Below, one piece after another: positions 1-9,866 of a stretch of 64,000 nucleotides of DNA (within the stretch, counting starts at the first letter, position 1; each line of letters opens with the position of its first letter). Made by a program: the position numbers and the translations under genes. Origin of the DNA: Lachnospiraceae bacterium. GTDB lineage: Bacteria; Bacillota; Clostridia; Lachnospirales; Lachnospiraceae. The notes beneath the pieces are model-generated. The model did no database searches. It was not told where the DNA came from and saw only the letters and a program-made list of their open reading frames with translations. The stretch lies in the NCBI GenBank assembly GCA_045126475.1, contig JBGVOL010000067.1:18105-82104 (forward strand), in the 5' to 3' direction.

Positions 1-312
1 GAAGTTCATATAAGACCTGCCTGTCCTCCTCTCCTTTATGGATGTAAGTATCTTAATTTCTCACGTTCAAATTCGGAGATGGATTTGATTACAAGACGTG
101 TTATCGCAAGACTTGAGGGGGAGAATGTGTCAGATGAGGTTTTACAGAAATATGCCGACCCTGAGACGGAGGAGTATGAGCGCATGGTAGAAGAAATCCG
201 CAAGGAGCTCAACTTTACATCACTTAGATTTAACAGACTTGACGACATGCTTGACGCAGTGGGAATCGACAAAGATAAGCTCTGCACATACTGCTGGAAC
301 GGAAAAGAATAA
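1..312 (+). CDS. 3' end of a PurF-family amidophosphoribosyltransferase-like gene (5' end outside window)
   Basis: Frame 1 is open from base 1 (EVHIRPACPPLLYGCKYLNFSRS...DKLCTYCWNGKE, stop 310-312). The listed 79..312 ORF is only an internal Met. The PRTase-like ACPP motif and Cys-containing tail are recognised from memory only. Confidence 0.5.
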   Translation, partial: EVHIRPACPPLLYGCKYLNFSRSNSEMDLITRRVIARLEGENVSDEVLQKYADPETEEYERMVEEIRKELNFTSLRFNRLDDMLDAVGIDKDKLCTYCWNGKE

Positions 313-319
313 TAAAAAT

Positions 320-372
320 AAGGCTGATACAGTATATAATTGAATTATATATTGTATCAGCCTTGAATTTTT
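320..372. terminator. bidirectional rho-independent terminator between convergent genes
   Basis: Near-perfect ~20-bp inverted repeat AAGGCTGATACAGTATATAAT / ATTATATATTGTATCAGCCTT with a 3-nt loop, an A-run upstream and a T-run downstream. Confidence 0.8.
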
Positions 373-1436
373 TAAGCCTCTTCAGCAATAACTTTGTTTT
401 TTCCGTTTCTCTTTGCTTTATACAGGAAAGAATCTGCACGGCTTATGGTTGTTATCGTGGATTCACCTTTATTGTGCATCGCAATTCCACAGGAGATAGT
501 TACCTGTATTTTTTTATCATTTGATTCAACAGAAGAGCCTGCAACATTTACACGGATAAACTCAAGAAGGGCTTTTGCAGTCTCATAGGAATTATTTCCT
601 GATACAGCTACAAGAAATTCTTCACCGCCCCATCTGCTTGCGTGTATATGGTCATTTTCACTCTGCTTTAAAATCTCGGCAACCTTCTTTAAAACTTCAT
701 CACCGATTGTGTGACCATAGGTGTCGTTTACACATTTAAAATCATCTATATCCAGAATGGCAACGGAAAAATTATTCTGTGAGACTGACTCTTCTTTGGC
801 AAGTTCTTCAAATATGGTGTTCATCCGGTAACGGTTGGCAAGACCTGTCAGCACGTCATATTCGGCTGTACGCTGGAGAAGAAGCTCGGTGGTAAGTCCC
901 ATATTCTGGTACAGATAGAGATAGAGGATAAGGAACATAAATACTATAAAGGCATTGATTGAATATACAACTTTTGCCGCTGAATCACTTATGGGTGTAG
1001 AAACTCCGGAGAAGTGTAAACTGTATGTTCTTATGATAAAGTAGCACAGTATAACACTGACAATCATAGGGATTGGATAAACCTTGGTTGTTTTAAATTT
1101 TTTGGAAATATAGTCGCAGTAGTAAATAATAGGAATCACAGCAAAGCAGTACAGCTGAAATCCGCACTCCCAACCCATGCAGATTGATGCAAGAAACATG
1201 TGAATGAGAACTTCTGCGTAAGTAACTATAAGATAGATAACTATGTTCTTAGGTATTACTTTGAACATGGCAAAGTAAATGGCCACACTTAATATGTTTA
1301 CGATAATCATTACAGGAACCCAGATTATTGTAAATGCAATTAAAAGTGCCGTATGTATGCACAGAAGAATAATATTTGTTCTTCGTGCCAGCGCTTCATT
1401 AAATTCGCTGATTTCAGAATTGATATTTGGTGTCAT
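372..1436 (-). CDS. membrane-anchored diguanylate cyclase (GGDEF domain)
   Basis: C-terminal DIDDFKCVNDTYGH and RWGGEEFLVAV motifs. The N-terminal ~200 aa has multiple hydrophobic helices. Start moved to MTPNINSE (ATG at 1436), which is preceded by AGAGGG; the ORF-track start at 1547 has no RBS. Confidence 0.85.
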   Translation of the reverse strand: MTPNINSEISEFNEALARRTNIILLCIHTALLIAFTIIWVPVMIIVNILSVAIYFAMFKVIPKNIVIYLIVTYAEVLIHMFLASICMGWECGFQLYCFAVIPIIYYCDYISKKFKTTKVYPIPMIVSVILCYFIIRTYSLHFSGVSTPISDSAAKVVYSINAFIVFMFLILYLYLYQNMGLTTELLLQRTAEYDVLTGLANRYRMNTIFEELAKEESVSQNNFSVAILDIDDFKCVNDTYGHTIGDEVLKKVAEILKQSENDHIHASRWGGEEFLVAVSGNNSYETAKALLEFIRVNVAGSSVESNDKKIQVTISCGIAMHNKGESTITTISRADSFLYKAKRNGKNKVIAEEA

Positions 1437-1621
1437 TTTATACCCTCTTTTTCCCGCACATAATATTACTCTGATTTTAACACTAAAAATGAGTATATGC
1501 AAGAACTCATGTGAAAGTTTTGTGAAAAATCGGCTAAAGTGTTTCATTATTTCAATTTATATGGTATAAATATGTGGTGCAAAAAAACATTATTAATAAA
1601 TAATATAGGAGAGGAAAAATA

Positions 1622-2770
1622 ATGAAAAAGAGATTACTTGCTATAGCATTATGTTTATGTACAGCTTTTTCGGCAGTAGCCTGTGGAAATAAGGATGGTA
1701 AAGAGGAGACAACCGGAAAAGAAAATAAGACAGAAGGAAAAATCACATTAGGTGAGTATAAGGGAATAAAGGTTGATGCAAGCCTTGCAACTGTTTCTGA
1801 TGAAGAAGTACAGAAGTATCTCCAGTCTGTACTTAATAATTGTGCAGAGACAGAGGAACTCACGGAAGGCGTACTTGAGAAGGATGGAACGGCAAAAATC
1901 AGTTACACATCTACTGTTGACGGTGCCGAGTATAAGAACGCAGAGGGAGCAAGCATTAACCTGACTGAAACAGGTTTTGATGTGGAAGGTTTTGTAGACG
2001 GACTTATTGGTCACAGCGTAGGCGAGACTGTAGAGTTGGACCTTGCACTTGCTGAAGACTTCAGTGATACAGAGGTTGCCGGTAAGAATATACATTTTTC
2101 AGTTACAATTGAGGCAAAGATAAATACAGTTGTTCCGGAATTTACAGATGACTTTGTAAAAGGTAAGTTTGATTATCTTGGCCTTGCTACACAGCAGGAT
2201 TTACTTGATTATCTCAGAAATGAAATTTTTGTCAACCAGATTTACAGCGAAATCTGGCAGGAGGTTCTTGATAGCGCAACAGTAGAAAGCTATGATTCGG
2301 ATGAACTTGAGACTATGGCAAAGGAGTGTGCGGAGTATCAGGAGTATATGATTTATGCGTATACAGGATATGATCTTGCAACTTATCTTGGGGCAATAGG
2401 ACAGTCGGAAGAACAGTTCATGGATGAGATGAGAGAGGCTGCAAAGAATTACCTTAAGCAGGAGATGCTTGTGAAGGCAATTGCAAAAGAGGAAGGCATT
2501 GAGATCACAGATGAATTGTATCAGCAGAAGATGCTTGAGTATGCGAAGTCATACGGTTATGATACTGTTGCAGAGTTTGAAGAAGCAAACGCTGAGAAGA
2601 TGACAAGGGAAGATTTCGAATATGAAATTCTTGCTTACGAAGTTATAGATAATGTGTGCAAGAGCGTTGAATTCGTTGAGAATTTAGGCTTAAGAAGTGA
2701 GAAGGAAACATCATCTGAGGGAGAAACAACAGAGGGTGTTTCGGAAGACACAACAGCAGGTGAAGAGTAA
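1622..2770 (+). CDS. lipoprotein with trigger-factor/FKBP-PPIase-like domains
   Basis: Signal peptide plus lipobox (LCLCTAFSAVAC-GN). Trigger-factor-like layout (GKITLGEYKGIKVDASLATVSDEEVQKYLQ, FKBP-like GHSVGETVELDL, C-terminal helical region). Acidic tail. Confidence 0.6.
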   Translation: MKKRLLAIALCLCTAFSAVACGNKDGKEETTGKENKTEGKITLGEYKGIKVDASLATVSDEEVQKYLQSVLNNCAETEELTEGVLEKDGTAKISYTSTVDGAEYKNAEGASINLTETGFDVEGFVDGLIGHSVGETVELDLALAEDFSDTEVAGKNIHFSVTIEAKINTVVPEFTDDFVKGKFDYLGLATQQDLLDYLRNEIFVNQIYSEIWQEVLDSATVESYDSDELETMAKECAEYQEYMIYAYTGYDLATYLGAIGQSEEQFMDEMREAAKNYLKQEMLVKAIAKEEGIEITDELYQQKMLEYAKSYGYDTVAEFEEANAEKMTREDFEYEILAYEVIDNVCKSVEFVENLGLRSEKETSSEGETTEGVSEDTTAGEE

Positions 2771-3085
2771 ATGATTCCATTACTTACAGCACAGGCTGTG
2801 GAGAAAAAGTGCAGTTTTGAGCATGTGATTCTTCTGGGTAATTATGAGCTGTGTTACAGCCTCGGTGTAATTGCGAAGGCAGCAGGCCTTGAAAAGGAGA
2901 AAGAATTTTCAAATGTCGGTGAACTGAAAGCTAAAGTTTTAAAACAGGCAGAAGGTTACGCACCAAAAGAAGTTGCCATGGAACGCCTTTTGCGTATCAC
3001 AAAAGAGATGGATGCATACACAGATGACTATAACGATCAGATGTATGAACTGTATTCAATGGGATACGCCAAAGGTACAGTATAA
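2771..3085 (+). CDS. hypothetical protein, 104 aa
   Basis: ATG directly abuts the upstream stop (TAAATG) and a strong terminator follows. No recognisable motif. Confidence 0.4.
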   Translation: MIPLLTAQAVEKKCSFEHVILLGNYELCYSLGVIAKAAGLEKEKEFSNVGELKAKVLKQAEGYAPKEVAMERLLRITKEMDAYTDDYNDQMYELYSMGYAKGTV

Positions 3086-3092
3086 TCAAAAA

Positions 3093-3137
3093 GAGACTGC
3101 CGCATTATAAAAAAATAATGCGGCAGTCTTTTTTTGG
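3093..3137 (+). terminator. rho-independent terminator
   Basis: AGACTGCCGCATTAT / ATAATGCGGCAGTCT stem followed by TTTTTTT. Confidence 0.85.
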
Positions 3138-3170
3138 TGATATAATGCTGGAAAAAGTATTTGAGAGGTT

Positions 3171-4349
3171 GTGCACATGATAAGGTTGATTGGTAAATAT
3201 ATTATTAAGAAGAAAAATGCAGAGGAATCTGAACAGATGACCAGACAGATATACGGGACTATCTGCAGTATTACAGGGATTATGCTGAATGTGCTGCTGT
3301 TTGCGGGAAAATATTTTGCAGGAGTAATAAGCGGTTCCATTGCAATTACGGCTGATGCATTTAATAACCTGTCGGATGCCGGCTCATCATTTATAACTCT
3401 TGTAGGCTTTAGGTTTGCAGGTAAGAAGCCTGATGTTGACCATCCCTTCGGACATGGAAGATTTGAGTATATATCGGGATTTATTGTATCGCTGGCTATA
3501 CTGATGATGGGATTTGAACTTGCAAAGTCTTCTGTTTCAAAGATTATTAATCCGGAACCGGTGGATACAAGCAGTGTGGCGATGATTATTCTGGTGGTAT
3601 CAATTGCCGTAAAGCTTTACATGGTTTTGTATAACAGAACCGTTGGCAAAAAAATAAATTCATCAGCTATGAAATCAACCGCCATGGACAGCTTCAGCGA
3701 TGCATTGGCGACAACATTTGTACTGGTATCCATGATTGTGATGAAATTTGCAGAGGTAAACATAGACGGATACACAGGCGTGCTTGTGGCTGCGTTTATT
3801 CTGTTTACAGGTTACAATGCTGCGAAGGATACAATAAATCCTCTTCTCGGAAAGAATCCTGAACCGGAATTTGTGGAAGCTGTGAAGAATATAGTTATGA
3901 GCCACGAGAAGGTTGTGGGAATACATGACATGGTCGTTCACGATTACGGACCGGGCAGAGTTATGGTTTCACTTCATGCGGAGGTGCCGGGAAATGGGGA
4001 TATATTTGAACTCCATGACGCAATCGACCACATAGAGAGGGAACTCGGAGAAGAGCTTGGATGTGAAGCAGTTATACATATGGACCCTATAGAAACGGAT
4101 AATGAAGTTGTAAAACAGGTCAGGGAGAAGGTTGAGAAGAGTATAAAACTTTTGATGGACGGTGCGGGAATACATGACTTTAGAATGGTTCAGGGTCCTA
4201 CCCATACCAATGTGATTTTTGATGTAGTTGTTCCTTATAATATAAAGGAGAGCAACGAGGAGATAAAGCAGAAAGTGTGTCAGATGGTACAGATTATCGA
4301 CAATACATATTATGCGGTTGTAAATGTTGACAGGTCTTATGTCAACTGA
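3171..4349 (+). CDS. cation diffusion facilitator (CDF) family metal efflux transporter
   Basis: Six hydrophobic helices, HPFGHGRFEY motif, and a C-terminal cytoplasmic domain (VHDYGPGRVMVSLHAEV, HMDP). Confidence 0.85.
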   Translation: MHMIRLIGKYIIKKKNAEESEQMTRQIYGTICSITGIMLNVLLFAGKYFAGVISGSIAITADAFNNLSDAGSSFITLVGFRFAGKKPDVDHPFGHGRFEYISGFIVSLAILMMGFELAKSSVSKIINPEPVDTSSVAMIILVVSIAVKLYMVLYNRTVGKKINSSAMKSTAMDSFSDALATTFVLVSMIVMKFAEVNIDGYTGVLVAAFILFTGYNAAKDTINPLLGKNPEPEFVEAVKNIVMSHEKVVGIHDMVVHDYGPGRVMVSLHAEVPGNGDIFELHDAIDHIERELGEELGCEAVIHMDPIETDNEVVKQVREKVEKSIKLLMDGAGIHDFRMVQGPTHTNVIFDVVVPYNIKESNEEIKQKVCQMVQIIDNTYYAVVNVDRSYVN

Positions 4350-4393
4350 AATACAGCTGTAATTAAATCAACAGGAAAGGATGGCATGACACG

Positions 4394-5275
4394 ATGAAAG
4401 AAAAATTTCTTTTTTTAAAAAACCTTAGATTAAGTCGTTTTGCAATGTTGACGGTGGCGGGAATAATCAATGCTTTTGGCATAACGATTTTTCTTTCACC
4501 GGTTAAATTATATGACAGCGGAATTTCGGGAACATCTATGCTTCTGGCACAGATTACACCGGAAGCATTTTCACTGTCAATCTTTCTTCTTTTGTTGAAT
4601 GTACCTTTGTTTTTGTACGGTCTTAAGAAGCAGGGACCTGAGTTTACCGTATATGCCATATATACGGTAGCAATATATTCTGTGGTGGCATGGCTTATTA
4701 CGGATGTGCTACCTGTGGATGTTAGTATAGCGTCACCTCTTGCCGGAACGGATTTGCTTTTGTGCGCAGTCTTCGGAGGTCTTATATCAGGTGTGGGAAG
4801 CGGTCTTGCCATTAGATTCGGCGGTGCCATGGACGGAATAGAAGTTATGGCTGTAATATTTGCAAAGAAGATAGGAATTACGGTTGGAACATTTGTCATG
4901 ATGTACAATGTGGTACTCTACATTGTGTGTGGTTTTGTGATTCACAGCTGGATACTTCCGCTTTATTCAATCGTTACATATGCGGCGGCGTTAAAGACGG
5001 TAGACTTTATTGTAGAGGGTATAAGCCGTTCTAAATCAGCTATGATTGTCACGGCTCATCCAAAGCATGTTTTCGAAGCATTGTCAAAAGAATTTGAATG
5101 CGGCATGACAATGCTTGATGCCAAGGGCGGATATTCGAATTCAGAGGTAACAATGATTTATTTCGTAGTAAACAGATTTCAGATTACAAAGATGAAGGAT
5201 ATAGTTCATGGAATTGACCCGAAAGCATATATAACCATCAGTGATGTGGCTGATGTATTTAAGTCAAACAGTTAA
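4394..5275 (+). CDS. YitT-family membrane protein (with DUF2179-like C-terminal domain)
   Basis: N-terminal polytopic region (AGIINAFGITIFLSPVKLYDSGISG) and a C-terminal soluble domain (MIYFVVNRFQITKMKDIVHGIDPKAYITISDV). Confidence 0.8.
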   Translation: MKEKFLFLKNLRLSRFAMLTVAGIINAFGITIFLSPVKLYDSGISGTSMLLAQITPEAFSLSIFLLLLNVPLFLYGLKKQGPEFTVYAIYTVAIYSVVAWLITDVLPVDVSIASPLAGTDLLLCAVFGGLISGVGSGLAIRFGGAMDGIEVMAVIFAKKIGITVGTFVMMYNVVLYIVCGFVIHSWILPLYSIVTYAAALKTVDFIVEGISRSKSAMIVTAHPKHVFEALSKEFECGMTMLDAKGGYSNSEVTMIYFVVNRFQITKMKDIVHGIDPKAYITISDVADVFKSNS

Positions 5276-5837
5276 CAGAGCCACCGCATAGTTCGGCTTC
5301 TGCTTTATCATGAGTTACCAGCAGGACAGTTTTACCGACGGTCCTGCTTTTTATATACTCAATAACAATCTTTTTTGTATCATCATCAAGACCGGTAAAT
5401 GGTTCGTCCAGAAGAAGAATATCGTAGTCGGCAAGTAACGCTCTTGCTATTGCCACACGCTGTCTCTCTCCACCGCTTAAATGACGGACTTTTTTATGCT
5501 CATATCCTTCAAGTACGAGAGCCTTCAGGCAGCCGGCAATATCACATGCAGAAAGCTTAGAATTGGCAAGCTTGATATTTTTGAAAACACTTATGGAATC
5601 AATGAGGCGGTCGTCCTGAAAAACCATCGAAAAAACCGGATTGTCATGGGAATATGAAACACTTCCTGACGACGGAGTAAGAAGACCAGCGATAAGGAAG
5701 AGCAGAGTCGTTTTTCCTCTTCCTGAAGGCGACATTACAGCAGAAAATTCTCCGGCAGTAAATTTTGCGGAGAAGTTCTCAAAAACAGCCTTTTCACCAT
5801 ATGAAAAAGATATATTGTCAATGGAAATATAATTCAT
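5259..5837 (-). CDS. ABC transporter ATP-binding protein (nitrate/sulfonate/taurine-type importer)
   Basis: Walker A SPSGRGKTT, signature LSGGERQRVAIARAL, Walker B ILLLDEPFTGLD. Short (192 aa). The 3' end overlaps the convergent YitT gene by 17 nt. Confidence 0.85.
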   Translation of the reverse strand: MNYISIDNISFSYGEKAVFENFSAKFTAGEFSAVMSPSGRGKTTLLFLIAGLLTPSSGSVSYSHDNPVFSMVFQDDRLIDSISVFKNIKLANSKLSACDIAGCLKALVLEGYEHKKVRHLSGGERQRVAIARALLADYDILLLDEPFTGLDDDTKKIVIEYIKSRTVGKTVLLVTHDKAEAELCGGSVNCLT

Positions 5838-5859
5838 AATCGTACCTTTCTGCGTGAAA

Positions 5860-6627
5860 TCACCTACGCTCTATAAGTTTTGCGGTGAATTTAATGACAG
5901 ATTCACATAAAATACTTAATAACACAATAACTATTGTCCATGCAAAAAGCTCAGGTGTCATAAGATATAGTTTGGCTTTATAAAGCTCATTTCCGATGGA
6001 ATTTTTTGCAAGACCTATTATCTCAGCAGCGACGCCTGCCTTCCACGCCATTCCCGTTGCCAGCGAACATGCGGACAATATGAAGGGAAGTGTGGCGGGA
6101 ACATAAATATATACAAATTTCTTTAGGGCTGAAATGCGGAAAAGCTCTGCCATTTCAAGAAGCTTAATGTCAGTCTGCATTATGCCTGTAAGGGTATTTA
6201 TATATAGTGTGGGAAGAACTATTACTGTAGGAATAAGAATTGACAAATCCTCGGCATCTGTCCACAAAAGCGCCAATATAACAAAGGAGGCAACGGGAAC
6301 AGATTTCAAAACTCTTATGGGAAACCACAGAATAGTTTTAACAACAGAGCAGAAATAAGATAGCACTGCCAGAAGTATTCCTGCTGCGGCACCTATTATA
6401 AAGCCTGTACCTATATGTAAAAGAGATGCGGATACACTTGACCAGAACTGTTTATCGGTAAGTAAATCATTAAACAGAACGGTCAGTACCCTGCCCGGTG
6501 TCGGGAGAAAAATCTCTTTGTCTATGGCGTCCGCAGCCAATTGCCATATAACGAGCCATATGACAACTGATGCGGTGAAGGATATATATTTATAATATTT
6601 TTTTTCAGGTTTACCAAGCTTAGTCAA
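5860..6627 (-). CDS. ABC transporter permease (SsuC/TauC-like)
   Basis: Six hydrophobic helices, an EAA-like loop (MAELFRISALKKFVYIYVPATLP), and operon position between the ATPase and the binding protein. Confidence 0.8.
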   Translation of the reverse strand: MTKLGKPEKKYYKYISFTASVVIWLVIWQLAADAIDKEIFLPTPGRVLTVLFNDLLTDKQFWSSVSASLLHIGTGFIIGAAAGILLAVLSYFCSVVKTILWFPIRVLKSVPVASFVILALLWTDAEDLSILIPTVIVLPTLYINTLTGIMQTDIKLLEMAELFRISALKKFVYIYVPATLPFILSACSLATGMAWKAGVAAEIIGLAKNSIGNELYKAKLYLMTPELFAWTIVIVLLSILCESVIKFTAKLIERR

Positions 6628-7621
6628 TATAGAACATTCCTTCCTCTATCTTGCCGCCGACGGCAGCTGGGTTCTGGTCGTAGATAACCTTAAGATATGA
6701 AAGTACTTTTTCTTTCATATCATCACCGGTAATGTATGTCACGTTGCAGTAAGGTATTGCTTTTTTAGCAATGGCAGCCTTAAATATATCAAAGGATTCA
6801 AGAAGTGCGGCGGTATCATCAATGTTGGCTGATGCATATGATGTTGAAGCCTTGTATTCATCTAAAAATGCATTGAAGGCTTCTTTATTTTTTTCAATAA
6901 AATCTTTGCGGGCTACGAGCACACCTGTGACAACGGTACCGTCGTTAAGCTTTTCCCATTCCTTTGTTACATCAAGGGCAATGCGGTAAGTGTCATTGCT
7001 GTTTAATGCCACTGTTGTGTAAGGCTGTGGAAGCATTGCCACGGCATCAGGATTCTGTGTTAAAGCGGCAAGTACTTCGGGAGCCTCTGATTTGTACTGT
7101 ATGTCAACATCACTGTCAGGGTTAATTCCTGCAGAAGTCAATAAAAATCTGAGAGTATATTCAGGTGTAGTACCCTGACCTGTGGAATATATGGTCTTTC
7201 CCTTTAAGTCCTGAACACTGTTTACAGCTTCACCGGCTTCGACAATGTAAAGAACACCGAGAGTATTAACTGCAACAGTTACAATTTCACCCTCTGTCTT
7301 ATTGTAAAGAACGCTTGCAAGATTGCAGGGAACCGCAGCGACATCCAAATCACCTTTGATAAGTCCTGTACTGATTTCGTCGGCTGTTCCGGCAATTGTG
7401 TAATGGTATGTATTTACGGATTTTTCTGCATCGGAATCAGAAAGAAGCTTAATCATACCGATAGCTGTAGGGCCTTTCATGCAACCGATATTTATATCTG
7501 CAGATACAACCTGTTTTTGTGTGCCTTGTTCATTTTGTGGTTTGTCGTTATTTCCACAGCCTGTCATAACAGAAAGAAATGTACATAAGGCCATGGTCAG
7601 AGATAATATCTTTTTTTTCAT
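6620..7621 (-). CDS. ABC transporter substrate-binding lipoprotein (NMT1/SsuA-like)
   Basis: Start moved to MKKKILSLTMALCTFLSVMTGC-GNN (ATG at 7621), a signal peptide plus lipobox. The listed longer ORF adds an implausible N-terminal extension. Overlaps the permease start by 8 nt. Confidence 0.75.
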   Translation of the reverse strand: MKKKILSLTMALCTFLSVMTGCGNNDKPQNEQGTQKQVVSADINIGCMKGPTAIGMIKLLSDSDAEKSVNTYHYTIAGTADEISTGLIKGDLDVAAVPCNLASVLYNKTEGEIVTVAVNTLGVLYIVEAGEAVNSVQDLKGKTIYSTGQGTTPEYTLRFLLTSAGINPDSDVDIQYKSEAPEVLAALTQNPDAVAMLPQPYTTVALNSNDTYRIALDVTKEWEKLNDGTVVTGVLVARKDFIEKNKEAFNAFLDEYKASTSYASANIDDTAALLESFDIFKAAIAKKAIPYCNVTYITGDDMKEKVLSYLKVIYDQNPAAVGGKIEEGMFYID

Positions 7622-7717
7622 TGTAAGTGTCCTCCTGCCTATAATATTAAAATTAATATACGAAAAGTATACCAAAATCACACAATTATTACAACATAAA
7701 CGAAAATACGCCATAAA

Positions 7718-7746
7718 TTGACAAAAACCATGTTGTAATGTATAAT
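7718..7746 (+). promoter_or_regulatory. sigma-A-type promoter for the hydrogenase-like MCP gene
   Basis: Consensus TTGACA (7718-7723), 17-nt spacer, consensus TATAAT (7741-7746), about 70 nt upstream of the ATG at 7819. Confidence 0.6.
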
Positions 7747-7818
7747 ATTTCAAGATGATTGCGTGAGCACAATTGAATAAATAACATTATATCATAATAA
7801 AATAGGAGGGTGTAATTT

Positions 7819-9774
7819 ATGTCTAAAACTATTAATGACGGACTGGTGTATACCAACGAAAAGTGTGTTGCGTGTAATAAGTGTATTTCTGCCTGCCCTG
7901 TGCCGGGAGCTAACTACGCAGTTATTGATGCAGACGGAAATTCAAGAATTGAAGTTGACGGAGAGGCTTGTATTGCGTGTGGTGCATGTATGGACGCGTG
8001 TAAGCATGAGGCGAGAGCATTCAGGGATGACACGGAGAGGTTTTTCGAGGATTTAAAGAAGGGAACCAGGATTTCCCTGCTGCTGGCACCGGCTTTTATG
8101 GCAAATTATCCGGCTGAGTATGAGAAGTATCTTGGAATACTTAAGGCGGCAGGCGTGAATCGTATTATAAGTATATCTTTTGGCGCAGATATCACAACAT
8201 GGGCATATATTAACTATATTACAAAGAATAATTTTACAGGAGGAATATCACAGCCATGTCCTGCAGTTGTAGGATATATTGAAAAGTATATTCCGGAACT
8301 GCTTCCGAGACTTATGCCTGTGCACAGTCCGATGATGTGCGGCGCAATTTATGCAAAAAAATATATGGGCATATCGGATAAGCTTGCGTTTATAAGCCCA
8401 TGCATAGCGAAGAAAAATGAGATTGATGACCCGAACTGCGGCGGATATATTTCGTACAATATTACATTCGATCATCTGGTTAAATATATTAAGGAGCATA
8501 AACTCACCGGTCAGCAGCTTGCCAAGGACGAGATTGAATATGGACTTGGTTCTGTTTATCCGATGCCGGGCGGACTTAAGGAGAATGTTTACTGGTTTCT
8601 GGGTGATGAAATATTGGTTCGTCAGGTGGAGGGTGAAAAGCATATGTATGAGTATCTTAGGGAATACAGTGAGAGGGTAAAGAAGAGTAAACCTCTCCCG
8701 TTTATGGTGGATGCCTTAAACTGTTCTCAGGGATGTCTGTACGGGACGGGCGTCGAAGATACAAAAGCCCAAGGTGATGATACGCTGATGAATCTCTGGA
8801 AGATTCGTGAAAACAGTAAAACAAAGCGGGGTGCATGGGGAAAGGATCTCACTCCGAAGAAAAGGCTGGATGCATTTAATGCTCAGTTCAAAAACCTAAG
8901 ACTTGAAGACTTTATAAGAAAATATTCAGACAGGTCAAAAGAGGTGGCACTTGCTGAGCCGTCAGCGGCAGAGATTAATGCTATATTTGATGCTATGCAT
9001 AAGAATGTGGAGTCAAAGAAACATATTGACTGCTCGGCATGCGGTTATGAGGATTGTCATTCTATGGCAAAGGCGATATATAACGGAATAAACTGCAAGG
9101 AGAATTGTGTTCATTATGCAAAGGATCTTGCAGAACTTGAGACAAAGAAAGCAGTTGAACTTAAGGATGAGATAGAAAAACAGACGGAGGATAGACTAAA
9201 GAGAGCACAAAGGATAGACGAGATTATGGGCGATATTTCAACAGATTTTGAGACTTTGCTCAATTCTCTTGAGGGCTTAAGTCAAGGCAATGAAGGAAAT
9301 GCGGAAGAAAGTACGGAAATTGCCAATAATATGCATGATGTCAGCAAAGCAAGCGAAGAGATGATAAATCTGTTTGGCAGAATCGCGGAATTCCTTGTGA
9401 TGATTGAAGGAAATAATGATGCGATTTTTGGCATTGCCTCAAAGACAAATCTTTTGTCACTCAATGCTTCAATTGAGGCTGCAAGGGCAGGAGAGGCAGG
9501 AAGAGGTTTTGCGGTAGTTGCGGGACAGATTAAAGACCTTTCGGATTCGAGCCGAAATGCAGCACAGGATTCAAACCAGAATTCTGTGGAGATACGAAAA
9601 TTTATGGAGAATCTAAAAGAGCAGGCAGATTTGTTAGGAAGTCTTGTAAAGGAAATCAATGACCGTGTCAGCAATCTTGCCGCTGCTACGGAGGAAATCT
9701 CAGCGAGCTCAAAGGTTGTGGAAGATATGTCAAGAAGCATACAGGATAAATTGGAAGAGTTAGTGAAGATGTAA
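7819..9774 (+). CDS. cytoplasmic chemoreceptor: 2x[4Fe-4S] ferredoxin + [FeFe]-hydrogenase large-subunit-like domain fused to an MCP signalling domain
   Basis: Ferredoxin motifs [12 protein letters not shown] and [12 protein letters not shown]. Hydrogenase-like motifs [31 protein letters not shown]-terminal MCP hairpin tip [31 protein letters not shown]. No hydrophobic helices. Confidence 0.8.
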   Translation: MSKTINDGLVYTNEKCVACNKCISACPVPGANYAVIDADGNSRIEVDGEACIACGACMDACKHEARAFRDDTERFFEDLKKGTRISLLLAPAFMANYPAEYEKYLGILKAAGVNRIISISFGADITTWAYINYITKNNFTGGISQPCPAVVGYIEKYIPELLPRLMPVHSPMMCGAIYAKKYMGISDKLAFISPCIAKKNEIDDPNCGGYISYNITFDHLVKYIKEHKLTGQQLAKDEIEYGLGSVYPMPGGLKENVYWFLGDEILVRQVEGEKHMYEYLREYSERVKKSKPLPFMVDALNCSQGCLYGTGVEDTKAQGDDTLMNLWKIRENSKTKRGAWGKDLTPKKRLDAFNAQFKNLRLEDFIRKYSDRSKEVALAEPSAAEINAIFDAMHKNVESKKHIDCSACGYEDCHSMAKAIYNGINCKENCVHYAKDLAELETKKAVELKDEIEKQTEDRLKRAQRIDEIMGDISTDFETLLNSLEGLSQGNEGNAEESTEIANNMHDVSKASEEMINLFGRIAEFLVMIEGNNDAIFGIASKTNLLSLNASIEAARAGEAGRGFAVVAGQIKDLSDSSRNAAQDSNQNSVEIRKFMENLKEQADLLGSLVKEINDRVSNLAAATEEISASSKVVEDMSRSIQDKLEELVKM

Positions 9775-9805
9775 TATTTTCAAATACGCATATTGATACG
9801 GAAAT

Positions 9806-9848
9806 AAATACGGAAATATATCAGAATGTTTGATATATTTCCGTATTT
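9806..9848 (+). terminator. hairpin terminator after the hydrogenase-like MCP gene
   Basis: AAATACGGAAATATATCA / TGATATATTTCCGTATTT 18-bp perfect stem with a 7-nt loop. The T-tract is weak. Confidence 0.55.
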
Positions 9849-9866
9849 GAGCTATAATTAGCGGAA

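Noticed and set aside
6620-7753. N-terminal extensions in the ORF track (6620..7753, 372..1547, 52385..53716, 57783..58205, 39222..40466, 28977..30491, 32693..33106, 15054..15395)
   Set aside because: In each case an internal start has a proper Shine-Dalgarno or a signal peptide, or aligns with paralogues. The upstream part overlaps the preceding gene or lacks an RBS. Coordinates were trimmed accordingly.
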